DNA from: Terriglobales bacterium
GTDB lineage: Bacteria > Acidobacteriota > Terriglobia > Terriglobales > Acidobacteriaceae
Direction of reading: 5' to 3'
Assembly: GCA_025927695.1 (NCBI GenBank)
Contig: JAICLA010000001.1
Location: 1-53,696, forward strand
Length of the DNA: 53,696 bases
The translations under genes and the position numbers were made by a program. Below the pieces are notes generated by a model that searched no databases, was not told the origin of the DNA, and saw only the letters and a program-made list of their open reading frames with translations. Numbering within the stretch: the first letter of the stretch is position 1; every line of letters begins with the position of its first letter. This document shows positions 42,851-53,337 of the stretch, piece after piece.

Positions 42851-45256
42851 ATGAGGTTGAATCGCATATTGGGAATCTTCTTGCTGCTTGCATTGCCCGG
42901 CATCTTGTCGGCGACAAGCGCGCGGCAACTGATGGATGTGGGCGTCGCGTCGAAAGACAACGCGACCACGCTGACCATCCGGGCGAATGGCGCTTTTCAG
43001 CACACGGAGTACCGGCCGACTGACAATCTATTGTTAGTCGATCTGTCTGGCGTGTCAGCTGCGAAGCTAGAGAACCACAGCCAGGAGCTCCACGGCAAAT
43101 TCCCAGGCGTGTCTTCATATCACGTAATGGGCTATAAGGGTGCGAACGGCGCGAACATCACGCGCGTCGAGATGGCGCTCTCGCCGGATGCGGTGGTGAG
43201 CGTGCGCGAAATGGGCAGCAGCCTCGCCTTGCGCGTAACCTCGAATTCGGCGGCCACGACTGCGGCGGCAGAGCCGGCAGCGACCTCGGCTGCGAAATCG
43301 ACCGAACCGGCGAATGAAGCGCCCAAAGCTTCCAGCGGGCATCCTGTACAAGTGCGCAACGTGACATTGGCGCGCTCCAAGAATGGTTATGACGTAGAAA
43401 TCGCAGCTAGTGGCGCTGTGACGCCGAAGTTGATGAAGCTGACCGGGCCGGACCGCATCGTGATCGATATTCCGAATGCGGTGCCAGCGGCAAAGCGCCA
43501 GATCGCCGTCAATAATAGTGAGATCAAGTCCATTCGCATGGCGCGGTACTCTTTGAATCCGCCCGCCACACGCATTGTGGTAGACCTCGCGTCTGCCCAC
43601 GACTATGAGTTGGCCAACGCTGGTAATCATCTAACCGTAAAATTGCGCACCGCGTCCATGGCAGAATCAATAACAGCGCCTGTGGCAACACAACCTCGGA
43701 GCAGCGAAATCCAAGCACCTCCAGTTGTAGCTCAAGTCGCAGCTACTGAGCCGACTATCACTGCTATTCCAGTTCCGGAAAAAACGGCCGTTCCAGCGGA
43801 GCCAACTCCGAGCGAACGCGCAGCAGAAGCGGCCGCGCATTTCTCCACACCAGTTACAGATATCCCAGTCACCAATGCCAATGCCAGCATGAAAGCTGAA
43901 CCTGCGGTGAATCTGGCTGCGTTTCAGGCGGCACAGCCGGCTGCTGCTGCACCCGCGGCCCAGTCAGGAAGCTGCGGTGGCAACAAATACAACGGTGAGC
44001 CGATCTCAGTAAACTTGAAGGACGTTGATCTGCGCGACTTTTTCCGGTTGGTGCACGACATCAGCGGATTGAACGTTGTGCTTGATCCTCAGGTCAAAGG
44101 TTCGCTCACGATCGTACTCGACGACGTACCGTGGGACCAGGCATTGCAGATCGTATTAAAGAACAATCAGCTCGACTGCGAACTGCAGGGCAACGTGCTT
44201 CGCATCGCGACCACCGCGACCCTGAAAAAAGAGGCTGACGATCGCAGGGCTCAGATCGATGCCCAAGCACTGGCCGTTGAAATGACGACCATTAACCGGT
44301 ATCTCAGCTACGCAGTGGCGAAAGATATAGTGCCTACGTTAAAGACGTTCTTGTCTACACGCGGCAGCATCATCGCTGATGAACGTACGAACTCGCTGAT
44401 CATCAGCGATATCCCGAGCGTGATACCGAACGTTGACCGCCTGATCAAAGAACTGGATAAGAAGACTCAGGAAGTTGAGATTGAAGCGCGCGTTGTGGCT
44501 GCGAACCGTTCCTTCGCACGCGACATCGGAACTCAGATCGGATTCGGTTTCGGTACGAACAGTGCCGGTACCGTCATTGGCGGGAATAGCCAAGCCGGAA
44601 CTGGTACATTGATCGGTCCGATTCCAACTGGGGTCATCTCCTCAGGAGCCTCAGGATCCTCGACCGGCTCCGGCAGCATCCCGCTATTCTCAAACTTGCC
44701 GGCTGTAGGCCCAACCAGTGGATTCTCATTTGCCAATATCGGTGCTCACTATCGCGTGGACGCAGTCCTGACCATGGCGGAAAGCCGTGGCTTGATCAAG
44801 ATCCTGTCGCGTCCGCGAGTGGTGACACAGAACAATATTCCCGCGACGGTGAAGCAGGGAATCCGCATCCCAATCGTGACGCTGGCGCAGTTGGGCGGTC
44901 CGCCGACTACGACCTACGTTGACGCGTACCTCCGTTTGCAAGTGAAACCGCAGATCACGGCAGAAGGCACCATCTTCCTGAACGTGGACGTGGAAAATAC
45001 GACGGCAGATTTCACCCGCCAGGTGCAAGGCAATCCTACCCTGGTGACGGAACAGGCCACAACGCAAGTCTTGATCACAGATGGCGGCACGGTGGTGATC
45101 GGTGGCGTGATCCAGACCAACAACAACGTCGGCATTCAGCAAGTTCCGCTGCTGGGCAACATCCCGGTGTTCGGCAATCTGTTCAAGCGCCGCACCGTAA
45201 GCACCAGCGTGCAAGAGCTGATCTTCTTCATCACTCCTAAGATCGTGCAGACGTAG
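42851..45256 (+). CDS. pilQ: type IV pilus secretin PilQ with two N-terminal AMIN domains
   Basis: ORF 42824-45256. ATG 42851 follows GGGGAGAGA and gives MRLNRILGIFLLLALPGILSATSA. Two AMIN-like modules are present (…TLTIRANGAFQHTEY…LLLVDLSGV… and …YDVEIAASGAV…RIVIDIPNAV…). N0/N1 domains follow, then a secretin C-terminus with VPLLGNIPVFGNLFKR. Confidence 0.9.
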   Translation: MRLNRILGIFLLLALPGILSATSARQLMDVGVASKDNATTLTIRANGAFQHTEYRPTDNLLLVDLSGVSAAKLENHSQELHGKFPGVSSYHVMGYKGANGANITRVEMALSPDAVVSVREMGSSLALRVTSNSAATTAAAEPAATSAAKSTEPANEAPKASSGHPVQVRNVTLARSKNGYDVEIAASGAVTPKLMKLTGPDRIVIDIPNAVPAAKRQIAVNNSEIKSIRMARYSLNPPATRIVVDLASAHDYELANAGNHLTVKLRTASMAESITAPVATQPRSSEIQAPPVVAQVAATEPTITAIPVPEKTAVPAEPTPSERAAEAAAHFSTPVTDIPVTNANASMKAEPAVNLAAFQAAQPAAAAPAAQSGSCGGNKYNGEPISVNLKDVDLRDFFRLVHDISGLNVVLDPQVKGSLTIVLDDVPWDQALQIVLKNNQLDCELQGNVLRIATTATLKKEADDRRAQIDAQALAVEMTTINRYLSYAVAKDIVPTLKTFLSTRGSIIADERTNSLIISDIPSVIPNVDRLIKELDKKTQEVEIEARVVAANRSFARDIGTQIGFGFGTNSAGTVIGGNSQAGTGTLIGPIPTGVISSGASGSSTGSGSIPLFSNLPAVGPTSGFSFANIGAHYRVDAVLTMAESRGLIKILSRPRVVTQNNIPATVKQGIRIPIVTLAQLGGPPTTTYVDAYLRLQVKPQITAEGTIFLNVDVENTTADFTRQVQGNPTLVTEQATTQVLITDGGTVVIGGVIQTNNNVGIQQVPLLGNIPVFGNLFKRRTVSTSVQELIFFITPKIVQT

Positions 45257-45278
45257 AGCGAAGAACCTTCATGCAAAG

Positions 45279-45306
45279 CCCCCGGCATGGCCGGGGGTTT
45301 TGCTTT
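45279..45306 (+). terminator. intrinsic terminator after pilQ
   Basis: CCCCCGGC (45279-45286), loop ATG, GCCGGGGG (45290-45297), then TTTTGCTTT. Confidence 0.85.
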
Positions 45307-45353
45307 CCTGCCTAACCGATTCATCCAGAGCTAGACTAAACGTCAACGTCGTT

Positions 45354-46502
45354 ATGGACTATTCCGGCAGACAATCACGCTTGGCCGCCTTGCTGCGTGA
45401 GCAGGGGCTTGATTCGGTGCTAGTGACCCACGTGCCGAATATCCGGTACCTGTGTGGTTTCACGGGCAGCGCCGGGGTGCTGGCGATCTCAGCAGCAGGG
45501 AAGGCGCGCAAAGCGGCATTCTTTACCGATGGACGGTATACCCAGCAAGCTAGCGAGGAAGTGGATGGTGCGAAGGTTGTGATTTCTAAGACGGCGGCCA
45601 TCGTGGGTGCAGTGGAATGGCTCAAGAGGCAGTCGAAACTTAAAAGTGTCGGCGTTGAGGCAGAGCATATGTCTGTGGCGACGCGAGCAAGCTTAGGCAA
45701 GTATGCCGGCAGTATTAGGCTTCAACCAACATCCGGATTGATAGAAGGTTTGCGCGCTGTAAAAGAAAAGGCTGAGATCGAGCAGATTCGCAGCGCCGTA
45801 GAGCTGGCTTCGCGCGTATTTGAAGCTGTGCGGACAAATATCAGGCCGGGAGCTCAGGAAAGCGCTATCGCTGCAGAGATTGAGTATATGAGCCGTCGGC
45901 TCGGGGCTGAAGGGATGTCTTTTGACACGCTGGTGGCCGCAGGAAAGCGTTCGGCCCTGCCGCATGGGGTAGCCAGCCAGAATCCGCTGCCGAAGCGCGG
46001 ATTCGTCATCCTGGATTTCGGTGTTATACTCGGCGGTTATTGTTCGGACATGACGCGCACTGTGTACCTTGGGCAGCCCAGCCGAGCAGAGCGTAAGATG
46101 TATGAGTCAGTACTGGAAGCACAGCTGGCGGGCATCAAAGCAGTAACCCCCGGCGCTAAATGCGCTGAAGTGGACAGAGCAACGCGGAATGTACTGGAAA
46201 AAGCTGGGTTGGGAAGGTATTTTACCCACTCTACGGGGCATGGAGTGGGAATTGAGATTCATGAGATGCCCGGGATTCGAAAAGCAGCAAAGCCCACGAA
46301 AGGCAAGAAAAGGATGGCAGCGCGGGCGCGAAAGAGCGCAGGAGCCCAGTTCGATACTCTAGTACCGGGTATGGTGATTACCATTGAACCCGGTGTATAC
46401 ATACCGGGCGAGGGTGGGGTACGGATTGAGGATATGGTGGTGGTGACTGAGACCGGATGCGAAGTCCTAACACCGACACCCAAGGAAATGATTGTTATTT
46501 GA
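45354..46502 (+). CDS. M24B family Xaa-Pro aminopeptidase/dipeptidase with a basic insertion
   Basis: ORF 45300-46502, with preferred ATG 45354 ([18 protein letters not shown]). A creatinase-like N-domain is followed by a pita-bread domain with [13 protein letters not shown] and [21 protein letters not shown]. Confidence 0.85.
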   Translation: MDYSGRQSRLAALLREQGLDSVLVTHVPNIRYLCGFTGSAGVLAISAAGKARKAAFFTDGRYTQQASEEVDGAKVVISKTAAIVGAVEWLKRQSKLKSVGVEAEHMSVATRASLGKYAGSIRLQPTSGLIEGLRAVKEKAEIEQIRSAVELASRVFEAVRTNIRPGAQESAIAAEIEYMSRRLGAEGMSFDTLVAAGKRSALPHGVASQNPLPKRGFVILDFGVILGGYCSDMTRTVYLGQPSRAERKMYESVLEAQLAGIKAVTPGAKCAEVDRATRNVLEKAGLGRYFTHSTGHGVGIEIHEMPGIRKAAKPTKGKKRMAARARKSAGAQFDTLVPGMVITIEPGVYIPGEGGVRIEDMVVVTETGCEVLTPTPKEMIVI

Positions 46503-46539
46503 GAACGTACTTCATCACTGTTCCTGACGAAATCAACCA

Positions 46540-47055
46540 ATGAATCAAAAAGAGATCAAAGACCTTATCGAATTCCTGATCGAGAAAGAGATTGCGGAAT
46601 TCGAGCTGGAGCGCGGCGATGTGAAACTGCGCATTAAACGCACCAGCGATGCTCCAGCAGTGACGCACTTCGTTCATTCGCCGCAGGGCGTGGCGGCTGC
46701 GATGCCTCCGATCGCGCATGTTCCGCCGACGCAGGCGATGTCTGCGCCCGCCGCAGGGGAAGCGCCGGCTGCCAAGGCGGAAACTGCTGCTCCGGCGGCT
46801 GACGATGCCGAGCTATTCACAGTGAAGTCACCTATCGTAGGCACCTATTATGAGGCGCCATCGCCGGGCTCGCCACCGTTCTCGAAAGTGGGCGACGAGG
46901 TGAAAGTCGGTCAGGTGCTCTGCATCATTGAAGCCATGAAGCTGATGAATGAGATTGAGTCAGAGGCGGCGGGCACGGTGCATAAGATCCTTGTGAAGAA
47001 TGGCCAGCCGGTGGAATACGGCCAGCCGTTGTTCCTCATCAAACAACATAAGTAA
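46540..47055 (+). CDS. accB: acetyl-CoA carboxylase biotin carboxyl carrier protein
   Basis: 171 aa with an A/P-rich linker and the biotinylation motif [13 protein letters not shown]. Confidence 0.9.
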   Translation: MNQKEIKDLIEFLIEKEIAEFELERGDVKLRIKRTSDAPAVTHFVHSPQGVAAAMPPIAHVPPTQAMSAPAAGEAPAAKAETAAPAADDAELFTVKSPIVGTYYEAPSPGSPPFSKVGDEVKVGQVLCIIEAMKLMNEIESEAAGTVHKILVKNGQPVEYGQPLFLIKQHK

Positions 47056-47064
47056 TAGCCTCCC

Positions 47065-48426
47065 ATGTTTAAGAAGATCCTGATCGCAAATCGCGGCGAG
47101 ATCGCTATGCGCGTCATCTGCGCATGCAAGGAGTTGGGCGTCCGCACGGTGGCGGTGTACAGCGAAGCAGACCGCAATTCGCTGCATGTGCGTTTTGCAG
47201 ACGAGGCTATCTGCATAGGGCCTCCACGTTCCGCGGACAGTTACCTCAATATTCCGGCGGTGATCAGCGCAGCTGAGATCGCGAACGTGGATGCCATCCA
47301 TCCTGGGTATGGGCTTTTGAGCGAAAACGCCAACTTCGCAGAGGTTTGCGAGACCTCACACATCAAATTTATTGGGCCTCCGCCGGAGATCACGCGCTTG
47401 ATGGGTGAGAAAGAAAAAGCGCGCCAGGCGATGAAGAAAGCCAACGTGCCTATCTTGCCTGGATCGGACGGCATTATTGCCAGTGAAGAGGAAGCGTTAG
47501 AGTGGGCGAAAGTGGTCGGTTATCCGGTCATATTAAAAGCTAAGGCAGGCGGCGGCGGACGCGGTATGCGTGTGGTTCGCACCGAACAGGAATTGCCTAA
47601 TCTCTATCAAGCAGCCAGTTCAGAAGCTGCGGCGGCGTTCGGCAACGGCGAACTCTACATGGAGAAATTCATTGAGAAGCCGCGCCACATCGAATTTCAG
47701 ATATTAGCTGACCAGCATGGGCATGTGATCCACCTGGGCGAGCGAGAGTGCAGTATCCAGCGCAGGCACCAGAAACTGCTCGAAGAATCGCCATCATTGC
47801 AGGTGTCGCCGCAATTGCGGGCGGAGATCGGCGACAAGCTAGTCAATTCTCTGAAAGACATTGGTTACGTGAATGCGGGCACCATCGAATTCCTGATGGA
47901 TGAAGATGGTTCGCTGCACTTCATTGAGATGAATACGCGCATCCAGGTGGAACACTGCGTTACCGAGATGGTAACGGGAATCGATTTGGTGAAGAGCCAA
48001 ATATTGATCGCTGCGGGTGCAAGGCTGCGCGGCATTCTACCGGCGAAGATCGAAATGCCGATCGGGCACGCGATCGAATGTCGTATCAATGCGGAGCATC
48101 CGGAGAAATTCACGCCGTCGGCAGGGAAGATCAAGACCTTCAATGTGCCGGGTGGTATCGGCGTGCGCGTCGAGACGGCGCAATATGCGGAAGGCGTGGT
48201 GCCGCCGTATTACGATTCGATGATTGCCAAGTTGATCACGCATGGCAAGGACCGCGAAGAGGCTATCTCACGCATGAAGCGCGCTTTGGGCATGTTCATT
48301 GTGGAAGGTATTCACACGAGCATCCCGCTGCATCAGCGGATTATGAATGATCCGGATTTCGTGGCCGGACGATTTGATACCAAGTTCATGGAGCGATTCA
48401 TGGCTTCTCCCCGCCCTAAGGTTTAA
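47065..48426 (+). CDS. accC: acetyl-CoA carboxylase biotin carboxylase subunit
   Basis: 453 aa starting [18 protein letters not shown]. It contains [14 protein letters not shown] and the ATP-grasp and C-terminal domains typical of AccC. Confidence 0.95.
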   Translation: MFKKILIANRGEIAMRVICACKELGVRTVAVYSEADRNSLHVRFADEAICIGPPRSADSYLNIPAVISAAEIANVDAIHPGYGLLSENANFAEVCETSHIKFIGPPPEITRLMGEKEKARQAMKKANVPILPGSDGIIASEEEALEWAKVVGYPVILKAKAGGGGRGMRVVRTEQELPNLYQAASSEAAAAFGNGELYMEKFIEKPRHIEFQILADQHGHVIHLGERECSIQRRHQKLLEESPSLQVSPQLRAEIGDKLVNSLKDIGYVNAGTIEFLMDEDGSLHFIEMNTRIQVEHCVTEMVTGIDLVKSQILIAAGARLRGILPAKIEMPIGHAIECRINAEHPEKFTPSAGKIKTFNVPGGIGVRVETAQYAEGVVPPYYDSMIAKLITHGKDREEAISRMKRALGMFIVEGIHTSIPLHQRIMNDPDFVAGRFDTKFMERFMASPRPKV

Positions 48427-49037
48427 TGAAGCTGCCTCGGCTCTACGCGATCGTGGACCGGGGGCCCAACCTCTCCTTCGCCGATTCCCGAAACTATGTG
48501 CAAGAGTTGGTCCGCGGTGGAGTGACATTGCTGCAGTATCGCAATAAATCCGGCGATGCGGCGGAGATGCTGTCAGAAGCACGCGAGCTGAAACGAATCG
48601 CAGGGCCGGGAGTCCAAGTCATCATGAATGACCGGGCGGACCTATCCGTTGCGGCCGGAGTGGATGGCGTCCACGTAGGGCAGGACGACATCTCTGTACG
48701 CGGAGCACGGGCTATGTGCGCAATGCCGCTGATCGTAGGAATCTCCACGCATAGCTTGAAACAAATGGAAGAGGCAGACGTGTCCTCTGCGGACTACATC
48801 GCGTTTGGGCCGATATTTGCTACGGGGTCGAAGATGAATCCGGATCCGGTGGTTGGATTAGATGGGCTGCGAGCGGCGCGAGGGAAGACGAAGAAGCCTC
48901 TGGTGGCAATCGGCGGAATCACGCTGGAGAACTGTGAACAGGTGATCAATGCCGGAGCGGACGCTGTGGCGGTAATATCCGCGCTGAAGTCAGAGCCAAA
49001 AAGAGCGGCTGAGGAATTTCTGCGCAGGATGATGTAA
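48426..49037 (+). CDS. thiE: thiamine-phosphate synthase
   Basis: 203 aa containing LYAIVD, VHVGQDD, GISTHS, FGPIFATGSK and AIGGI. The start shares one nucleotide with the accC stop (TAATG). Confidence 0.85.
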   Translation: MKLPRLYAIVDRGPNLSFADSRNYVQELVRGGVTLLQYRNKSGDAAEMLSEARELKRIAGPGVQVIMNDRADLSVAAGVDGVHVGQDDISVRGARAMCAMPLIVGISTHSLKQMEEADVSSADYIAFGPIFATGSKMNPDPVVGLDGLRAARGKTKKPLVAIGGITLENCEQVINAGADAVAVISALKSEPKRAAEEFLRRMM

Positions 49038-49082
49038 ATCGCGAGACTCAGGATAGAATCGAAGCCACTTTTCACGAAGGAT

Positions 49083-50627
49083 TTGGAGACGGTTATCACT
49101 AGTTCCGCAGCCATCGAAAAGCAAGACACCGAACTGGTAAAAGGCCTGGGCCTGACCAGCGCCACGACGCTGGTGATGGGCTCGATGATCGGGTCGGGCA
49201 TATTCATTGTCTCCGCTGAGATCAGCCGCCTGGTGGATTCGCCTGCACTGCTGATTGCGGCATGGCTGGTCACAGGGTTCATGACCGTGGTGGGCGCGCT
49301 TTCTTACGGCGAACTGGCAGCGATGATGCCGAAGGCCGGCGGACAGTATGTGTATCTGCGCGAAGCGCTCGGGCCGCTGTGGGGATTTCTCTACGGCTGG
49401 ACGCTGTTCCTGGTAATTCAGACCGGTACGATCGCTGCCGTCGGCGTGGCCTTCGGAAAATTCCTGGGATTTTTCTTTCCTTCAGTCTCCTCTACAGATT
49501 GGATATTGCATCTCGGCAAAGTTCCGGCTTTTCATGTTGGGCCAATGGTGCTAGGCAACATGGATGTGGGCCTAAACACGCAGAACTTTGCCGGCGTTAT
49601 GGTTGTTGTAGTGCTGACAGCGATTAACATTCTCGGCATTAAGACCGGCGCGATGGTGCAAAACATCTTCACCATTGCTAAGACTTCGGCCTTGGCTGGA
49701 CTGGTGGTCGCTGGCATTGTTGTGGGACGAAACGCTACCGCAATTGCGGCCAACTTCCATGACTTCTGGCGCAATGCCAGCTTGAGCGCGCAGCACGCGA
49801 TTCCTGCGGGAGCTTCCGGGACAACCGTGTTGGTGAGCACACTAACGGTGATCGCCGTTGTGCAAACAGGATCGCTGTTTTCTTCTGATGCGTGGAACAA
49901 CGTGACTTTCACAGCGGGCGAGGTGCAGAATCCGAAACGCAACCTGCCGTTGTCGCTAGCGTTGGGAACGGGCATCGTCATCCTTTTATATGTACTGGCG
50001 AATTTTGTTTATCTGAGCGTCCTGCCGATGGATGGGAGCCCTGCAGGCGCGAGTGTTCTGGAACGCGGCATCAAGTTCGCTGCTGAAGACCGCGTGGGTA
50101 CTGCGGTAATGCAGCAAATGTTCGGTTCTGCGGGTGGAAAGTTGATGGCTATCGCCATCATGATCTCAACCTTTGGATGCTGCAACGGACTCATACTCGC
50201 CGGATCCCGCGTCTACTATGCAATGGCGAAGGATGGATTATTTTTCAAGTCTGTCGCGAATCTTCATCCCAAATATAAGTCGCCCATGGTGTCACTTATC
50301 ATTCAAGGCATTTGGACGTGCCTTCTTTGCATCTCCGGTTCTTATAACGACCTGCTCGATTATGTGATCTTCGCGGTGCTGGTGTTCTACATCCTGACGA
50401 TTTTTGGATTGTTTGTTCTGCGGAGGACCCGGCCGGATGCGGAGAGGCCATACCGGGCGATCGGATTTCCCGTGCTTCCCGCCATATATATAGTGATGGC
50501 ACTCTTTATTGATGTAGTTTTGTTGCGGTACAAGCCGCAGTACACGTGGCCGGGGTTGATCATCGTGCTGCTGGGTATACCCGTATTTTTCATTTGGCGC
50601 AGAAATGCGACATTGCAAGCAGATTAG
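49083..50627 (+). CDS. APC superfamily amino acid permease
   Basis: 514 aa with about 12 TM segments and GSGIFIVSAEI near the N-terminus. TTG start as given by the ORF track. The exact start is uncertain. Confidence 0.8.
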   Translation: METVITSSAAIEKQDTELVKGLGLTSATTLVMGSMIGSGIFIVSAEISRLVDSPALLIAAWLVTGFMTVVGALSYGELAAMMPKAGGQYVYLREALGPLWGFLYGWTLFLVIQTGTIAAVGVAFGKFLGFFFPSVSSTDWILHLGKVPAFHVGPMVLGNMDVGLNTQNFAGVMVVVVLTAINILGIKTGAMVQNIFTIAKTSALAGLVVAGIVVGRNATAIAANFHDFWRNASLSAQHAIPAGASGTTVLVSTLTVIAVVQTGSLFSSDAWNNVTFTAGEVQNPKRNLPLSLALGTGIVILLYVLANFVYLSVLPMDGSPAGASVLERGIKFAAEDRVGTAVMQQMFGSAGGKLMAIAIMISTFGCCNGLILAGSRVYYAMAKDGLFFKSVANLHPKYKSPMVSLIIQGIWTCLLCISGSYNDLLDYVIFAVLVFYILTIFGLFVLRRTRPDAERPYRAIGFPVLPAIYIVMALFIDVVLLRYKPQYTWPGLIIVLLGIPVFFIWRRNATLQAD

Positions 50628-50660
50628 GTAGAATCATTGGCACCAAGGAGAACCCACTGA

Positions 50661-52253
50661 ATGGCCGATATCCTGGCTACAAAACCGCTGAGTCAACTGC
50701 TCAATGAAGCAGAGGCCACCGGCGAACATACCCTAAAACGCACGCTGGGCCCGTTCCAACTAACGGCACTCGGTGTGGGCGCGGTTATCGGCGCAGGAAT
50801 CTTTGTTATGTCCGGGCTAGGCGCGCATTATGCCGGTCCCGGATTGATGCTTTCGTTCGTTATTTCTGGAATCGGTTGCGCGCTGGCTGCGCTTTGCTAT
50901 GCCGAGTTTGCGGCGATGATCCCGCTGGCGGGCAGCGCTTATACCTACGCGTATGCGACTTTGGGTGAGCTCTTCGCGTGGATCATTGGCTGGGACTTGA
51001 CGCTGGAATACGCCATGGGTGCCAGTACGGTATCGTCCGGCTGGTCAAATAATTTCATTGAACTGCTGAATATCTTCAACATCAAGATGCCGCTGTGGCT
51101 TGCCTACGACCATTGGACGGGCCTTAAGACGGCAGAGCAGATCATTGCGCGTCAGATGACGATTGCGCAGAATCCTAGCATTGCCCCGGGCACGCAGGAC
51201 TTCATCGACAAAATGGGGGCGATCGTAACGGCCCAATCGACTGAGTTGGTAACACGTGCACACGCATTGCTCAATGCCCCGACAATTTTCGGCCACGAGA
51301 TAGGGGTCAACCTACCGGCTTTCATCATCGCGCTTATCATTACGGCGATCCTAGTGGTGGGCATCAAAGAGAGCGCCGGATTCAATAGCACGATCGTCGT
51401 GATCAAAGTGGCGGTTGTGCTCTTTGTGATCGCTTACGGTCTGAAGTTCGTGAACTTTGGAAACTGGGGACACGACTGGGCGAGCTTCGCTCCCATGGGC
51501 TTTAGCGGTATAGGGGCCGGAGCAGCATACATATTCTTTGCCTACATCGGCTTTGACGCTGTCTCTACGACGGCACAAGAAGCTAAGAACCCGCAGCGAG
51601 ACTTGCCGCTGGGCATCATCATCTCACTGTTGATCTGCACAGCGCTTTACATTGCAGTCGCCGGAGTTTTAACCGGAATGGTACCGTGGCGTGAAGTGAA
51701 CATAGAAGCGCCGCTCTCCCGTGCATTCCTTGAGCGCGGATCAACGATGGCTTCGAACATCATTGTTCTGGGTGCACTCGCCGGACTCACCAGCGTGATG
51801 CTTGTAATGTTATTGGGGCAGACCCGCGTGCTCTACGCAATGGCGAACGATGGACTGTTGCCGAAGAAGTTTTTCGCAGACATCCATCCGAAATTCCGAA
51901 CACCTTGGAAGAACACGATGCTGGTAGGCTTGCTCGCCGCGATCGTGGGAAGCATTACGCCTATCGATGACATCGGGAAGATGGTAAACATCGGCACACT
52001 ACTGGCCTTCGTGATCGTATGCATGGCGGTGATCATTCTGCGCCGAACGAATCCCGGACAACCTCGACCCTTCAAGACGCCATGGGTGCCCGTGGTGCCG
52101 ATACTCGGCATCATCTTCAACGGGTACATGATGGTCAAACTGGGCATGGTGAACTGGATCCGGTTAGTGGTTTGGCTGATCATTGGTCTTTTCATCTATT
52201 TCACTTATGGACTGAAGAACAGTCGCTTGCAGCAGAAGGCCCGCGGCGTATAG
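50661..52253 (+). CDS. amino acid permease, cationic amino acid transporter (CAT/YfnA-like) subfamily
   Basis: 530 aa with about 13-14 TM segments. It contains GVGAVIGAGIFV and FAYIGFDAVSTTAQEAKNPQRDLP. RBS AAGGAG lies upstream. Confidence 0.8.
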   Translation: MADILATKPLSQLLNEAEATGEHTLKRTLGPFQLTALGVGAVIGAGIFVMSGLGAHYAGPGLMLSFVISGIGCALAALCYAEFAAMIPLAGSAYTYAYATLGELFAWIIGWDLTLEYAMGASTVSSGWSNNFIELLNIFNIKMPLWLAYDHWTGLKTAEQIIARQMTIAQNPSIAPGTQDFIDKMGAIVTAQSTELVTRAHALLNAPTIFGHEIGVNLPAFIIALIITAILVVGIKESAGFNSTIVVIKVAVVLFVIAYGLKFVNFGNWGHDWASFAPMGFSGIGAGAAYIFFAYIGFDAVSTTAQEAKNPQRDLPLGIIISLLICTALYIAVAGVLTGMVPWREVNIEAPLSRAFLERGSTMASNIIVLGALAGLTSVMLVMLLGQTRVLYAMANDGLLPKKFFADIHPKFRTPWKNTMLVGLLAAIVGSITPIDDIGKMVNIGTLLAFVIVCMAVIILRRTNPGQPRPFKTPWVPVVPILGIIFNGYMMVKLGMVNWIRLVVWLIIGLFIYFTYGLKNSRLQQKARGV

Positions 52254-52271
52254 CAAAGTCTCAACACAATC

Positions 52272-52301
52272 AGCCCTCCGTTCGCGGAGGGCTTTCTTTT
52301 T
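52272..52301 (+). terminator. intrinsic terminator after the second permease
   Basis: AGCCCTCCG (52272-52280), loop TTCG, CGGAGGGCT (52285-52293), then TTCTTTTT. Confidence 0.85.
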
Positions 52302-52329
52302 GTGCGATTCCGCTACAATCCCCTAACGC

Positions 52330-53337
52330 GTGAAAAGCTGGAACCGAGTCCGGATACTGTTGGTGCTGATCCTCGTCTTTGGGACGATCGGCACGGCGGG
52401 ATATCACTTTATCGAAGGCTGGTCGTGGTTCGACTCGCTTTACATGGTGATCGTAACGTTCAGCACTGTGGGCTACGCGGAGGTGCATCCACTCTCGCAC
52501 CTAGGGCGCATGTTCACCATGGGAGTGATCGTGGCCGGTGTGGGGCTGGTGTACTTCGCCATCGGGACGATGACTTTTGCTTTGCTAGAATTCGAATTCG
52601 ACAAGACGTTTGGAAGGCGCAAGATGCTACGCGACATAGATAGACTGAGCGGCCATTACATCATCTGCGGTGCTGGACGCGTAGGTACAAGCGCGGCCAG
52701 AGAACTGGCACGGCAATCCGCGCCGTTCGTGGTGATCGAGACCGCACATACCAGCGTGGAACATCTCGATAAAGATTGGCTGGTGCTGGAAGGCGACGCG
52801 ACGAAAGAACCCATCCTAAAGCAGGCCCACGTGGAAAGGGCGAGTGGACTGATCGCGGCTACCACAACCGATGCGACAAATATCTACATCGTGCTGACCG
52901 CACGAGGAATGAATCCTGAGCTGAAGATCATTGCCCGTGCCAGTGAAGAAGCCGCAGGAAAGCACCTGGTAAAGGCGGGAGCGAACAAAGTCGTTTCCCC
53001 TTACACTTTTGCAGGCAACCGCATCGCGCAGTCCTTTCTCCGGCCCAACGTCCTTGATTTCTTAGACCTGGCGATCTCGCGAGATAACAACGAAGAGATG
53101 ATGATCGAGGAGATCTTGATCGACAAGCGCTCGCGATTGCACGGGAGCACCGTTGGTTCTTCAAACATCCACCGCGACCTGGGCATCATGATCCTGGCGA
53201 TCAAGCACGCGAACGGCAATCCGGGATTCAACCCGACCGCCGGACAATCGATCAACGCCGGCGACTATCTCATCGTGATGGGACCGGCGGTCAAGATGTC
53301 AAAGTTGGAAGCCATCGCCTCTGGGTCTGCACAATGA
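52330..53337 (+). CDS. 2-TM potassium-channel-type protein with RCK (TrkA-N/TrkA-C) domain, MthK-like architecture
   Basis: 335 aa with a GTG start. It has M1, then a pore helix plus filter SLYMVIVTFSTVGYAEV, then M2. The Rossmann motif is IICGAGRVGTSAAREL, and a C-terminal TrkA-C-like domain follows. Confidence 0.8.
   Translation: MKSWNRVRILLVLILVFGTIGTAGYHFIEGWSWFDSLYMVIVTFSTVGYAEVHPLSHLGRMFTMGVIVAGVGLVYFAIGTMTFALLEFEFDKTFGRRKMLRDIDRLSGHYIICGAGRVGTSAARELARQSAPFVVIETAHTSVEHLDKDWLVLEGDATKEPILKQAHVERASGLIAATTTDATNIYIVLTARGMNPELKIIARASEEAAGKHLVKAGANKVVSPYTFAGNRIAQSFLRPNVLDFLDLAISRDNNEEMMIEEILIDKRSRLHGSTVGSSNIHRDLGIMILAIKHANGNPGFNPTAGQSINAGDYLIVMGPAVKMSKLEAIASGSAQ

Noticed and set aside
41822-43118. 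233-aa and 167-aa minus-strand ORFs across pilP and the pilP-pilQ spacer.
   Set aside because: They are antisense to pilP and the pilQ 5' region, and arise from the low-complexity K/A/P/T tract. No motifs are present.
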